This document shows positions 9,054-17,518 of a DNA stretch of 39,024 nucleotides, one piece after another. Source of the DNA: Deltaproteobacteria bacterium (lineage in GTDB: Bacteria; Desulfobacterota; DSM-4660; Desulfatiglandales; Desulfatiglandaceae); NCBI GenBank assembly GCA_029932035.1, contig JAOZQV010000001.1:1-39024 (forward strand). Reading direction: 5' to 3'. Within the stretch, counting starts at the first letter, position 1. Each line of letters starts with the position of its first letter. A model generated the notes under the pieces. The model worked only from the letters and a program-made list of their open reading frames with translations. It searched no databases and was not told the DNA's origin. Both the position numbers and the translations under genes were made by a program.

Positions 9054-10774
9054 AAAACAGGATCTATTACATATGGATGCTTGTGATTGTGGCGGGTTTC
9101 TTGTTTGAAGCGCCTGAGGCCTTCTCCAAGACCAAGGGTGGGCCAGCCACGCTTCTCACACGCGCTGATCAGTGCAGGAAGGCCCTGCATAAATCATCCA
9201 AAAAAACGAAATATCGGCATAACTGGTTAAAATGCATTCGTCTTTATAAAAAGGTTTACAAGGTTTATCCCAAGAGCAATCAGGCTGCTTGGGCGCTTTA
9301 CCATTCGGCCAACCTTTACACCGGGCTTTACAGGTACTCGGGGAGCTCGAAAGATCTAAATGAAGCGGTCGCTCTTTACAGAAGCCTGGCTGGTAAACAT
9401 AAGGGCCATTCTCTTGCAGATGATGCCCAATATAAGATCGGAGAAATATTTTATAAATCCAAGAAAGACCCTGCCCAGGCTTATGTTGAATTCCTAAAGG
9501 TAGAAGTAAACTTTCCCAAGGGAGATATGCGGCCTAAGGCCAAGCAGATGCTCAACAAGCTTGCCGTGACCCTGCGCAAGAAGAATGCAAAGAAAGACTC
9601 GGGCAGCGCGCCTCTCTCTAAATCCAAACGAGTGCCTGTCAAAGATATTCGGTACTGGTCAACCCCCAACTACACGCGGGTAGTGATTGATATCCAAAGC
9701 CCTGTGAAATATGAGCACCATTTATTGAAGGCTGATCCCGATCACAAGAAACCACGCAGGCTTTATTTAGATCTCAAAAACGCTCGTGTCTCTAAGAGTA
9801 TTGACAGCGTGGTTCCGATTAAGGATGATTTGCTTCGAATGGCCAGGGCAGGCCAGTATACCAAAAACACGGTGCGTGTTGTTCTGGACATAGAAAAAAT
9901 CGGGGGTTATCATGTCTTCCACCTCTATGACCCGTTTAGAATAGTGGTGGATGTGCGCAGGTTTAAAAAGGGTAAAACCAGGATCAGGCCTGAGCTTGCG
10001 TCAAAGAAGAGGGATGTAAGGAAGGGTATAAGGAAGGAAAAGAAACCTGCCAAGACGGTCTCTTTAGCGAGGCAGCTCGGTTTGAATGTTAAGAGGATTG
10101 TGATCGACCCTGGTCATGGTGGAAAAGATCCTGGTTGCCGGATTGGAGGACGCTATAAAGAAAAGAATATTACGCTGAGTATTGCCAAATTTTTGGCCAA
10201 AGAACTAAGAAAAAAGATCGGGTGCCAAGTCTTTCTCACCAGGGATAAAGACATCTTTTTATCTTTAGAGCGGAGGACAGCCATTGCCAATATGAAAAAG
10301 GCGGACCTGTTCATTTCATTACACGTCAACGCCCACAGGAGTACCAAGATTCATGGATTAGAGACCTATTTTCTGAACATGGCCACTGATAAGAGGGCTG
10401 TTATGGTGGCAGCAAGGGAAAATGCCACATCAGAAAAGAATATAAGCGATCTCCAGACCATCCTGAACGATCTGATGTTAAATACCAAGATCAATGAGTC
10501 AAGCCGATTAGCGCATCACGTGCAGAAGGGGATGGTAGTAAACACCAGAAAAAGATATAAAAGAATCAAAAGCTTAGGTGTAAAGCAGGCTCCTTTTTAT
10601 GTCCTTATTGGAGCACAAATGCCGGCTATCCTCGTGGAGGTAGGCTTTCTGACCAATAGCACAGAAAGAAAGAGGCTGCTAAGCACAAAATATCAGAAAA
10701 GAGTGGCAGAGGGGATTTATGCAGGCATAAGTTCCTATATCAATAGTATCGATCAGGTCTATCAGGGCGGGTGA
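9050..10774 (+). CDS. N-acetylmuramoyl-L-alanine amidase (signal peptide, TPR/YbgF-like region, AMIN domain, Amidase_3 domain)
   Basis: C-terminal Amidase_3 blocks: IVIDPGHGGKDPG, FISLHVNA, ETYFL, PAILVEVGFLTN. The middle region (IRYWSTPNYTRVVIDI...FRIVVDV) is typical of an AMIN domain. N-terminal hydrophobic signal. The GTG start overlaps the mutS TGA (GTGA). Confidence 0.9.
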   Translation: MKNRIYYIWMLVIVAGFLFEAPEAFSKTKGGPATLLTRADQCRKALHKSSKKTKYRHNWLKCIRLYKKVYKVYPKSNQAAWALYHSANLYTGLYRYSGSSKDLNEAVALYRSLAGKHKGHSLADDAQYKIGEIFYKSKKDPAQAYVEFLKVEVNFPKGDMRPKAKQMLNKLAVTLRKKNAKKDSGSAPLSKSKRVPVKDIRYWSTPNYTRVVIDIQSPVKYEHHLLKADPDHKKPRRLYLDLKNARVSKSIDSVVPIKDDLLRMARAGQYTKNTVRVVLDIEKIGGYHVFHLYDPFRIVVDVRRFKKGKTRIRPELASKKRDVRKGIRKEKKPAKTVSLARQLGLNVKRIVIDPGHGGKDPGCRIGGRYKEKNITLSIAKFLAKELRKKIGCQVFLTRDKDIFLSLERRTAIANMKKADLFISLHVNAHRSTKIHGLETYFLNMATDKRAVMVAARENATSEKNISDLQTILNDLMLNTKINESSRLAHHVQKGMVVNTRKRYKRIKSLGVKQAPFYVLIGAQMPAILVEVGFLTNSTERKRLLSTKYQKRVAEGIYAGISSYINSIDQVYQGG

Positions 10775-10783
10775 TTGGATTTC

Positions 10784-11879
10784 CTACTTCATCCTCAGGT
10801 ATGCATTTATAAATATATCAATATCGCCGTTCATCACCTTATCCACGTTTCCTTCGTCAATATTCGTCCGGTGGTCCTTTACCAGCCTGTAAGGGTTGAA
10901 TACATAAGATCTTATCTGACTACCCCATGCTATCTCTTTTTGATTCTGGTGCATCTCCTGTTTCTTCTTATCCAGTTTCCCCTTTTCAACATCGTATAGC
11001 TTTGCCTTCAGCACCTTCATCGCCATTTCTTTGTTGCGATGCTGGGATTTCTCATTTTGACACTGGGTTACAATGCCTGTGGGAAAGTGGGTAATTCTCA
11101 CTGCCGAACTGGTCTTGTTCACATGCTGGCCACCTGGACCGCTGGCCCTGTACGTGTCAATGCGGAGGTCATTTTCATCCACTTCGATAGTGATATCCGT
11201 GTCAACCTCCGGTAAAACAGACAGCGAAGCAAAGGATGTGTGCCTCCTCCCTGTGGCGTCAAACGGGGAGATCCTAACCATACGATGTATCCCATGTTCC
11301 GATTTCAGGTATCCATATGCGTAAGATCCAGTTATCGTAAAGGTGACGTTTTTGATGCCGGCCTCATCTCCCGGGAGATAGTCAATAACCTGGACCTTCA
11401 TACCCTTGTCTTCACCCCATCGGGTATACATCCTGAAGAGCATCTCCACCCAGTCCTGGGCCTCGGTTCCCCCTGCCCCTGCATTAATTGCCAGAATGGC
11501 GTTTCGCTTGTCATCCGGCTCTCCGAGCAGGGCCTGAAATTCTAGCCCCCTGATCGCTCTCTGAATCCTAGCCACATCATTGTGTATCTCTTTTAGGGTG
11601 GAGGTATCTTTCTCTTCCTGGGCGATTTCAGATAGGAGTCTGGCATCTTTTGCCTCTTTGTGAAGTGTTTGCCATGTATCGATTTTTCCCCTTATTAAGG
11701 CTCTCTCCTGGCTCAAACGGGAAACTTCTTCCTGTTCCTGCTGCCAGAAATTGGGGTTGGACATCAATTTTTCAATTTTTTCAAGTTCCTCTTCTTGGTT
11801 GGCCAAGTCAAAGATGACCTCTTAGATCATTCAGTTGCCCCATAATAATATCGATGTTTTCAGTAATTTCTTCGAACAT
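10784..11879 (-). CDS. prfB: Peptide chain release factor 2, made by a programmed +1 frameshift
   Basis: The main ORF has GGQ (SGPGGQHVNKT) and the RF2-specific SPF (RISPFD). Exon 1 on the minus strand reads ATG TTC GAA ... GGT CAT CTT TGA C (MFEEITENIDIIMGQLNDLRGHL*), starting at 11879 with SD ggagga. A +1 shift at CTT TGA C joins it to DLANQEEE... Confidence 0.92.
11807..11813 (-). promoter_or_regulatory. RF2 autoregulatory +1 frameshift site CTTTGAC
   Basis: The minus strand reads aga ggt cat CTT TGA C. This is the canonical slippery CUU + in-frame UGA + C context, with an upstream SD-like agagg. Confidence 0.9.
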
Positions 11880-12132
11880 TTTGATCCTCCTGACACAGCT
11901 TTAATGTGCTTGATATTCGTCATCCTTCATCAAAGCCAAAAAGTAGGTAGCCGTTTACGGCTTGAAATTAGAAATTGGGAAAATCAGAAGAATGTAGAAC
12001 CCCTATCAAATTTCGAATTTCCAGTTTCGGCATCCGGTTTTCAACCTAATAATATACCACATTTCGGAAAGAAGTGTAACCTCATGAATGAAGGATGCCT
12101 AATATTTTAATCCTTGACAAAACAATTTCAAG

Positions 12133-12624
12133 TCACTTGTTTCTTATTGACCGGCCACGGGAAAGGAAGGAAATGCCCTGCTGCGCCTTTGTGCCGATCA
12201 TCACGCCTTCAATTATCGGCTCGTTGACCTCCGGCTCTGATTTCCATTTGACAATGAAGTTTGCCCCCGAACCCCCGCTCTTATCCGACTCACTAACAAT
12301 GTAGCGGCTTGATGCCATTGGATTTAATTGTTGGGGCTGTTTCAAGTAATGCTTGAGCAGTTTTCCATCTGAATCATAATAGTCCACCGACAGGATAGTA
12401 ATCTGATGATCAGGATCTGTATTGCGTATGCTGAGAGTGGCGGCCAATAAGAAGGGACGTTCCCGGTCGCCAATGTAAATATGGGAATAGATCGGCACAT
12501 AGACTGTTTGTCCCTTTGAGAGTTGGATTTCCGATGCGGCCCGGCTGGGAGTGGTTATCAGACCTGCCGCCAATAATACACATCCAAGAAACACCAATAA
12601 TCTTAGGCGCCTGCAATGTATCAT
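12133..12624 (-). CDS. DUF3124-like secreted or lipoprotein of unknown function
   Basis: N-terminal signal with a possible lipobox (LVFLGC). The block GQTVYVPIYSHIY... matches my recollection of DUF3124. SD aaggaaaggag upstream. Confidence 0.6.
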   Translation of the reverse strand: MIHCRRLRLLVFLGCVLLAAGLITTPSRAASEIQLSKGQTVYVPIYSHIYIGDRERPFLLAATLSIRNTDPDHQITILSVDYYDSDGKLLKHYLKQPQQLNPMASSRYIVSESDKSGGSGANFIVKWKSEPEVNEPIIEGVMIGTKAQQGISFLSRGRSIRNK

Positions 12625-12824
12625 TTTTTTTACTCCTTTCCTTCCCTAAAGAACTCCTTTTGATTGACACTGATTGAAAATTTCTTTTGGGTAACGCTTC
12701 CCATGAATATACCTTCAAGCACCAAATTTTACACTAAAATAGTATCCAATATATAACCCCGGGTCAAGGATCAAAAAATTAAAATGATAGGGGAAAAGAC
12801 TGACCAGGCAAATAGCAATTTCCC

Positions 12825-12852
12825 TTGACTTCCCCTTTGTTTTCCATATGAT
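12825..12852 (+). promoter_or_regulatory. Candidate sigma70-type promoter TTGACT-N16-TATGAT
   Basis: -35 TTGACT at 12825-12830 and -10 TATGAT at 12847-12852, with a 16-nt spacer. It lies in the divergent intergenic region upstream of the K+ channel gene. Pattern match only. Confidence 0.4.
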
Positions 12853-13075
12853 TCTATGCAATTCACGAGCGAAACCGAAAACTCCTTTACATTACAGGTG
12901 AGGCCTGAATAGCTCCCGGATCTGCGCCAACCTTCGGTTGTCAAGACCGTGTGAAAAAGTATCCTGTTCAGTTGACTGCTTTTTGAATGCAGTATCGGGA
13001 TTCAAAGTGATTCGAAAAACAAGTATAGATAAAACTGTCTCTTCCCATGGCCCCAGAAATGTCATAAGGGGTTTC

Positions 13076-14044
13076 ATGATGTTAGTTCTGGTCATTTTGG
13101 TCGGGACAGTAGGGTATATGGCCATAGAGGGATGGCATGCCTTCGAAGCGCTCTATATGACCGTTATCACCATTACTACGGTCGGATATGGGGAGGTGAG
13201 GACAGTATCAGAGCCGGGCAGGGTCTTTACTGTTTTTCTCATTTTCATGGGCATGGGGACAATGGCATATACCCTTGGAATCGTGGCTCAGATGATGGTC
13301 GAAATTCAGGTCAGAGCTATTATAGGGAGGAGAAAATTGGGACGAAAATTGAGATCAATCAAGAATCATTATATTATATGTGGCTGCGGACGTATCGGGA
13401 GTATTATCGCACATGAATTACGGGCCAACGGGATTCCCGTTATGGTAATTGATCATGGCCCTGACGCAAGAGAGTCTTTAGAAAAACAGGATATCCCCTA
13501 TATTATCGATGATGCAACCAGCGAGGATGTTTTGATAGAAGCGGGAATCGAGAGGGCAAAGGGATTGATTGCAGTGGTCCTTTCGGATGCTGACAACCTC
13601 TTTATCACAATGAGTGCGAGGGGACTCAATCCCGATCTTTTTATTCTGGCCCGGGCCGATGAGGAACATACTGAGGGGAAACTGCTGAGGGCAGGGGCCA
13701 ACAAAGTCGTGCTCCCTTACTTGATAGGAGGCCGGCGTATGGTACATACAATCTTAAGGCCTGCGGTGACTGATTTTTTGGATTTTACGCTTCACGGCAA
13801 GAATATTGAGTTGAAGATGGAAGAGCTGCTGGTAGGAGATCGATCGAAACTGAACGGGGTCAAATTGGTCGATTCGGGGATCAGGCAGGAGATGAATGTG
13901 ATGATTGTGGCCATCCGGGATAAAGGCGGAGAAATGAGCTTTAATCCATCTTCAGAAGTACGTATTGAGGCTGGGGATACCTTGGTAGCCTTAGGGCCTG
14001 TCAGTGATCTTGAAAAGCTCACCAGCATCCTTTTGGGTAAGTAG
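13076..14044 (+). CDS. RCK-gated potassium channel (2-TM pore + TrkA-N/TrkA-C)
   Basis: Selectivity filter TITTVGYGE. Rossmann motif ICGCGRIG of TrkA-N. C-terminal TrkA-C-like domain. The start is ambiguous: ATG 13076 has a good SD (aagggg), while the track's TTG 12938 and a GTG at 13007 do not. Confidence 0.85.
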   Translation: MMLVLVILVGTVGYMAIEGWHAFEALYMTVITITTVGYGEVRTVSEPGRVFTVFLIFMGMGTMAYTLGIVAQMMVEIQVRAIIGRRKLGRKLRSIKNHYIICGCGRIGSIIAHELRANGIPVMVIDHGPDARESLEKQDIPYIIDDATSEDVLIEAGIERAKGLIAVVLSDADNLFITMSARGLNPDLFILARADEEHTEGKLLRAGANKVVLPYLIGGRRMVHTILRPAVTDFLDFTLHGKNIELKMEELLVGDRSKLNGVKLVDSGIRQEMNVMIVAIRDKGGEMSFNPSSEVRIEAGDTLVALGPVSDLEKLTSILLGK

Positions 14045-14071
14045 GGCTTGATTCGAGACGGGGTCACCACG

Positions 14072-15037
14072 TTAACTATTTAGTGGATAGTTAGGCATTA
14101 GGCTGCCTGCCCTTCCAATCTTCCTGCGGGGACCCTTCAAGAGAGCAAAAGAGACCAGATTCACAAGCCCCCAGATGCCGGAAGCCGAAAAGTAATTTTC
14201 AATGGATCGATCAAAAAGCACGGAAATTTTGGGATCGAATTCTCCGTCCCCTTTCCAGAGGAGGTAGTACAGAGGAACCCTTGGGAAGGGCAGAAACCGG
14301 TAGGCCTTATCGGCCATGTCCAGAGATTTACCTTCATAATAGTAGGCCGCTGTTTCAAATCCATCAACGTCATCCCCGTATCGCTCCAAAAGGGGCCCCA
14401 GCCTGAGTTCATGTCGTCCTTTAAAATAATGAGCTTCTTTGAGATCTTTGGCGCCGACAATATCTTTACCTAAGGGGTGAAACGAGTCTACGTGATTGAG
14501 ATACAGAAGGGTAATCAGTTCGAGCAGGGGATCATCTACATTTCTCCACTTATCCCCCACCAATTTTTTCAGGCATGCGTTCTGAATATCAATTAGAATG
14601 TCTTCCTTTAAGAAATGAAAAATCAGCCCTCCCGATGGGTGGGGAAGAAAGAGGGTGAGATTAAGGAGGGTTTTTTTGTCTCTGTTCTTCAAAACATCCC
14701 AGTACTCGGGAGGCACTCGGATGAACCTATCATTATGGTCTAAAGGAGGCGGTCCTCCCTCCAATCGTCTTTCATGCATGGCCAAAAAGCCTTTGCTGAA
14801 TGGGTAGGGCCCCGTATGGAAGTTATCACATGGAAAGGCCTGGCAATCTCTCATACAATAATCGATACGGTTCATAACTGCACATACCAGAATAGCACAG
14901 GTTCCCGCGAAAACTGTCTTCTGGGCCTCAAGCTTTCCTTCTGCTTCTTTACTTTTCCCGGGCCCACAGGTGGAACAAAGCCCGAGGAGACGTAATTTGC
15001 AGACATCGCAATTAATTCCACATGCTCCGGTAGGCAT
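14072..15037 (-). CDS. Cys-rich DUF3795-like N-terminal domain fused to a DUF3786-like domain
   Basis: The N-terminal 75 aa carry many Cys residues (CGINCDVC...CSTC...C..C...C...C). The C-terminal part ends with FPRVPLYYLLWKGDGEFDPKISVLFD, which resembles the DUF3786 signature. Assigned from memory of the family patterns. Confidence 0.55.
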   Translation of the reverse strand: MPTGACGINCDVCKLRLLGLCSTCGPGKSKEAEGKLEAQKTVFAGTCAILVCAVMNRIDYCMRDCQAFPCDNFHTGPYPFSKGFLAMHERRLEGGPPPLDHNDRFIRVPPEYWDVLKNRDKKTLLNLTLFLPHPSGGLIFHFLKEDILIDIQNACLKKLVGDKWRNVDDPLLELITLLYLNHVDSFHPLGKDIVGAKDLKEAHYFKGRHELRLGPLLERYGDDVDGFETAAYYYEGKSLDMADKAYRFLPFPRVPLYYLLWKGDGEFDPKISVLFDRSIENYFSASGIWGLVNLVSFALLKGPRRKIGRAGSLMPNYPLNS

Positions 15038-15207
15038 GATGTGACCTCAACTCATTTGGGTGCAATTACTCTTATCTCCCTAAGAAATGATAAAAACCTC
15101 AGGCAGCATAACCCCGCGTTGCGGCATCTTCGACAGGCATGGATTGATTTGATTCAAAAAAATGAAATTAATCCAGATCCGGTATATCAAGAATCACTAT
15201 CCTGCTT

Positions 15208-15864
15208 TCAGTACACCCACCCAAGCAGGCCCATGCAGATAAAATTGGCAAGAAAGACGATCGCATACAGGGTAGCGACAGCAATTGTTTTGGCCTGGTT
15301 GGTTTTAAGGCTTAACACTAAGATGGCGGCCACGTAAAATTCAAAATACCCAAAAAAGAAAATCAACCAGATTCCGCTAAAAGACCGGTTCCACCACGGG
15401 TACTCCCACACGAGATGTCCGCCCATATTCAGGAGACACTCCACAAAGACGCAGAAAGCCGCATAGCCGATGGCCCAAAACCAGCGATTTGGAATCCCAA
15501 GAATTTTATCAGACTTGCTTTCAGACAGGGTGTTGTAAAAGATGACACCGGAAATGGCGAACATAAACATGATCTCAATATTCCATCCGATCATTGTTTT
15601 GAGGGCGCTCTGGCCCGGCGTCGTCCAGCAGGCCGAATATTGTGTGAGATAGAACACCCAGCCGTTCCATGTCTCATTGAAGAAATCCATGCCGAATACC
15701 GTCAACCCTGCAAATATCGCATCCCAGTTGCCTGAGTGTCTGGCCTTCCGGATCTCGGCAGTATAGATATAAAATACGATGGCCAGTAGCGGAATCACAT
15801 ACCATTCGAGTGTGGATAAATCCCGGATCCCTTCAAGCGCGCGTTGTGATGCAGGTGTCGGCAT
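15208..15864 (-). CDS. Polytopic integral membrane protein, unknown family
   Basis: 218-aa ORF with about 6 hydrophobic, aromatic-rich segments. Strong SD (gaggagga). I recognise no motif. Confidence 0.6.
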   Translation of the reverse strand: MPTPASQRALEGIRDLSTLEWYVIPLLAIVFYIYTAEIRKARHSGNWDAIFAGLTVFGMDFFNETWNGWVFYLTQYSACWTTPGQSALKTMIGWNIEIMFMFAISGVIFYNTLSESKSDKILGIPNRWFWAIGYAAFCVFVECLLNMGGHLVWEYPWWNRSFSGIWLIFFFGYFEFYVAAILVLSLKTNQAKTIAVATLYAIVFLANFICMGLLGWVY

Positions 15865-15929
15865 GGCTTAGCTCCTCCTCATCATTCATAATTTTCTATT
15901 TTTGCCGCTTTGCGGCTTTGCGTGAGTAC

Positions 15930-15967
15930 AAAAAGGATCTTCGACAAAGGTGCATATTCGGAAGATC
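15930..15967 (-). terminator. Hairpin + T-tract (possible intrinsic terminator or attenuator) in the leader of the membrane-protein gene
   Basis: Minus strand: gatcttc - 18 nt - gaagatc c ttttt. The stem is 7 bp. It lies about 165 nt downstream of the 148-aa gene's stop and about 65 nt upstream of the next start. Confidence 0.35.
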
Positions 15968-16132
15968 GTTATCACATAGACAGGGCGGAATATATTGAAT
16001 GCGTCGATACCTATTGATGGTAGGAAATGAAGTGATCTGTTTCTCAAAGGAAGAACCTGTCATCTCGCATCTCCACGTTAGGCAGAAATGAAGCTGAGAG
16101 GTAAAAAAATAAAGTTGTTTTTGAGCGAGCCC

Positions 16133-16579
16133 TTAATTCGTATCTATAGAACCTATCTCTTCCAAAGCCTTTTCGTATTCATCTGAGAGTAATTCTTCTG
16201 TTTCAATCTGCCTTTCTACGTTTCCTGCAGATGCTTCCAGTTCCTCACTATCAACATCCGACAAACCCTCTCCTTCCAGATGTTCATCTTCTCCCTTCGA
16301 AGATTTATGAACAACACCAGGGCTTTCAACTGAAATATAGTTCCCATCTCTGTCTAATTGGACAGAAAGTCTTACCTTCACATCAAAATCCAGTGAAAAC
16401 GCGATACGATTGTCACAGATTTTAATTTTCGCATCTTTATATTTGACAGCTTCCTCAAGCTCGAGGTTATGCTCCTTCCTGAAGATCTCCTTGATGACGT
16501 CCCAATCAAGGTTAGACGCTATGGCCTTGATAAATTCCTGTTCGCCTTTTCTTATTATCTCAGGATTTGCTATTTTCAT
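16133..16579 (-). CDS. Hypothetical protein with a very acidic C-terminal tail
   Basis: 148-aa ORF with SD aaggag. The N-terminal ~95 aa look mixed alpha/beta. The last ~55 aa are Glu/Asp-rich. It lies immediately downstream of the ParA-like gene. No family recognised. Confidence 0.55.
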   Translation of the reverse strand: MKIANPEIIRKGEQEFIKAIASNLDWDVIKEIFRKEHNLELEEAVKYKDAKIKICDNRIAFSLDFDVKVRLSVQLDRDGNYISVESPGVVHKSSKGEDEHLEGEGLSDVDSEELEASAGNVERQIETEELLSDEYEKALEEIGSIDTN

Positions 16580-16653
16580 GCCGAGAACTCCTTTCGCAAA
16601 ACGCTCGCAATCGTAAAAATCCAGACCCAGAGGGGATTTAGTCTACAGGTATT

Positions 16654-17418
16654 TTAATGGCTCAGATTCAATATCTCCTCTGCCAGATTAAAATAACACC
16701 TGGAGCCAGGAGACCTTATATCTTGGAGCAAAACCGGTTCCCCATGAGCAGGAGCATTTTTTAAGTCACTGTTTTCCGGGATTATTGTTTTGAACAACAT
16801 ATTGCTAAACTGCTCACGCGCAGATTCTGCAATTTGCAGGCAGCTGTCTTCTTTTGGGTTAAACATGGTCAGCAGTATGCCTGCTATTCTCAGACGTGGA
16901 TTTAGCCTTCTTTTGAGGACTTGTACGACTTGTATCATTTGGGACACAGCCCCTAAGGCGTAAAATTCGCACTGTAGTGGAATCAACAAGAAATCGGCCG
17001 CAGTGATAGCATTAAATGTCAGGAGACTCAATGACGGGGGTGCGTCCACAAGGATATATTCATAGGTCCCCCTGAGGTGAGCGAGAAAGTTCAGGAGCCT
17101 TTTTTCCTTGTCAGGCCTTGACATCAATTCAAGCTCGGCTCGGAAGAGTTCCATGCGTGCCGGAAGTAGTTTGAGACATTCAATACTACTCTCTGTGATT
17201 ATTTCACATGGATCAGCATCCCCAATAATTCCATGATATATGCTTTTCTTAAGTTTCGTCTTGTCAATACCCAAACCTGATGTGGCATTGCCCTGTGGAT
17301 CCAGGTCAACAAGCAGGACTTCCTTTTCAGCAGCGGCTAAAGCCGCTGAAAGATTGACGGCCGTGGTAGTCTTCCCCACACCACCCTTCTGGCTCACGAT
17401 AGAAATAACCACTCCCAT
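16654..17418 (-). CDS. ParA/Soj-family ATPase (orphan; no parB nearby)
   Basis: Deviant Walker A SQKGGVGKTTT, then LLVDLDPQGNAT and ILVDAPPS. Start set to ATG 17418 (MGVVISIV...); the track's upstream extension has no homology. Confidence 0.9.
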   Translation of the reverse strand: MGVVISIVSQKGGVGKTTTAVNLSAALAAAEKEVLLVDLDPQGNATSGLGIDKTKLKKSIYHGIIGDADPCEIITESSIECLKLLPARMELFRAELELMSRPDKEKRLLNFLAHLRGTYEYILVDAPPSLSLLTFNAITAADFLLIPLQCEFYALGAVSQMIQVVQVLKRRLNPRLRIAGILLTMFNPKEDSCLQIAESAREQFSNMLFKTIIPENSDLKNAPAHGEPVLLQDIRSPGSRCYFNLAEEILNLSH

Positions 17419-17518
17419 GTCAGAATTTCCAAGATGATGATTAATAGAGGGGAAAACAGCCCCTGGGCAAAGAAAGCTCTTATAAATACATTGCAACCGG
17501 TATAATACGTTTATAACA

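Noticed and set aside
10775-10999. 74-aa plus-strand ORF immediately after the amidase gene.
   Set aside because: It lies entirely antisense to the conserved C-terminal part of prfB. The sequence is hydrophobic noise with no RBS.
11936-11962. Possible minus-strand terminator agccgtaaacggct followed by acctacttttt, downstream of the DUF3124 gene.
   Set aside because: The effective stem is only ~5 bp, and the T-run starts 7 nt after it. This is too weak to report as a feature.
11835-12110. 91-aa plus-strand ORF upstream of prfB.
   Set aside because: It overlaps prfB exon 1 and its RBS in antisense. The sequence is not protein-like and has no RBS.
12853-13075. c-di-AMP (ydaO-type) riboswitch ahead of the K+ channel gene.
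   Set aside because: The conserved GGGGACCCA / GGGUGAAUCC / CCCGAACCCG-type blocks I remember for this class are absent. Only generic small hairpins are present.
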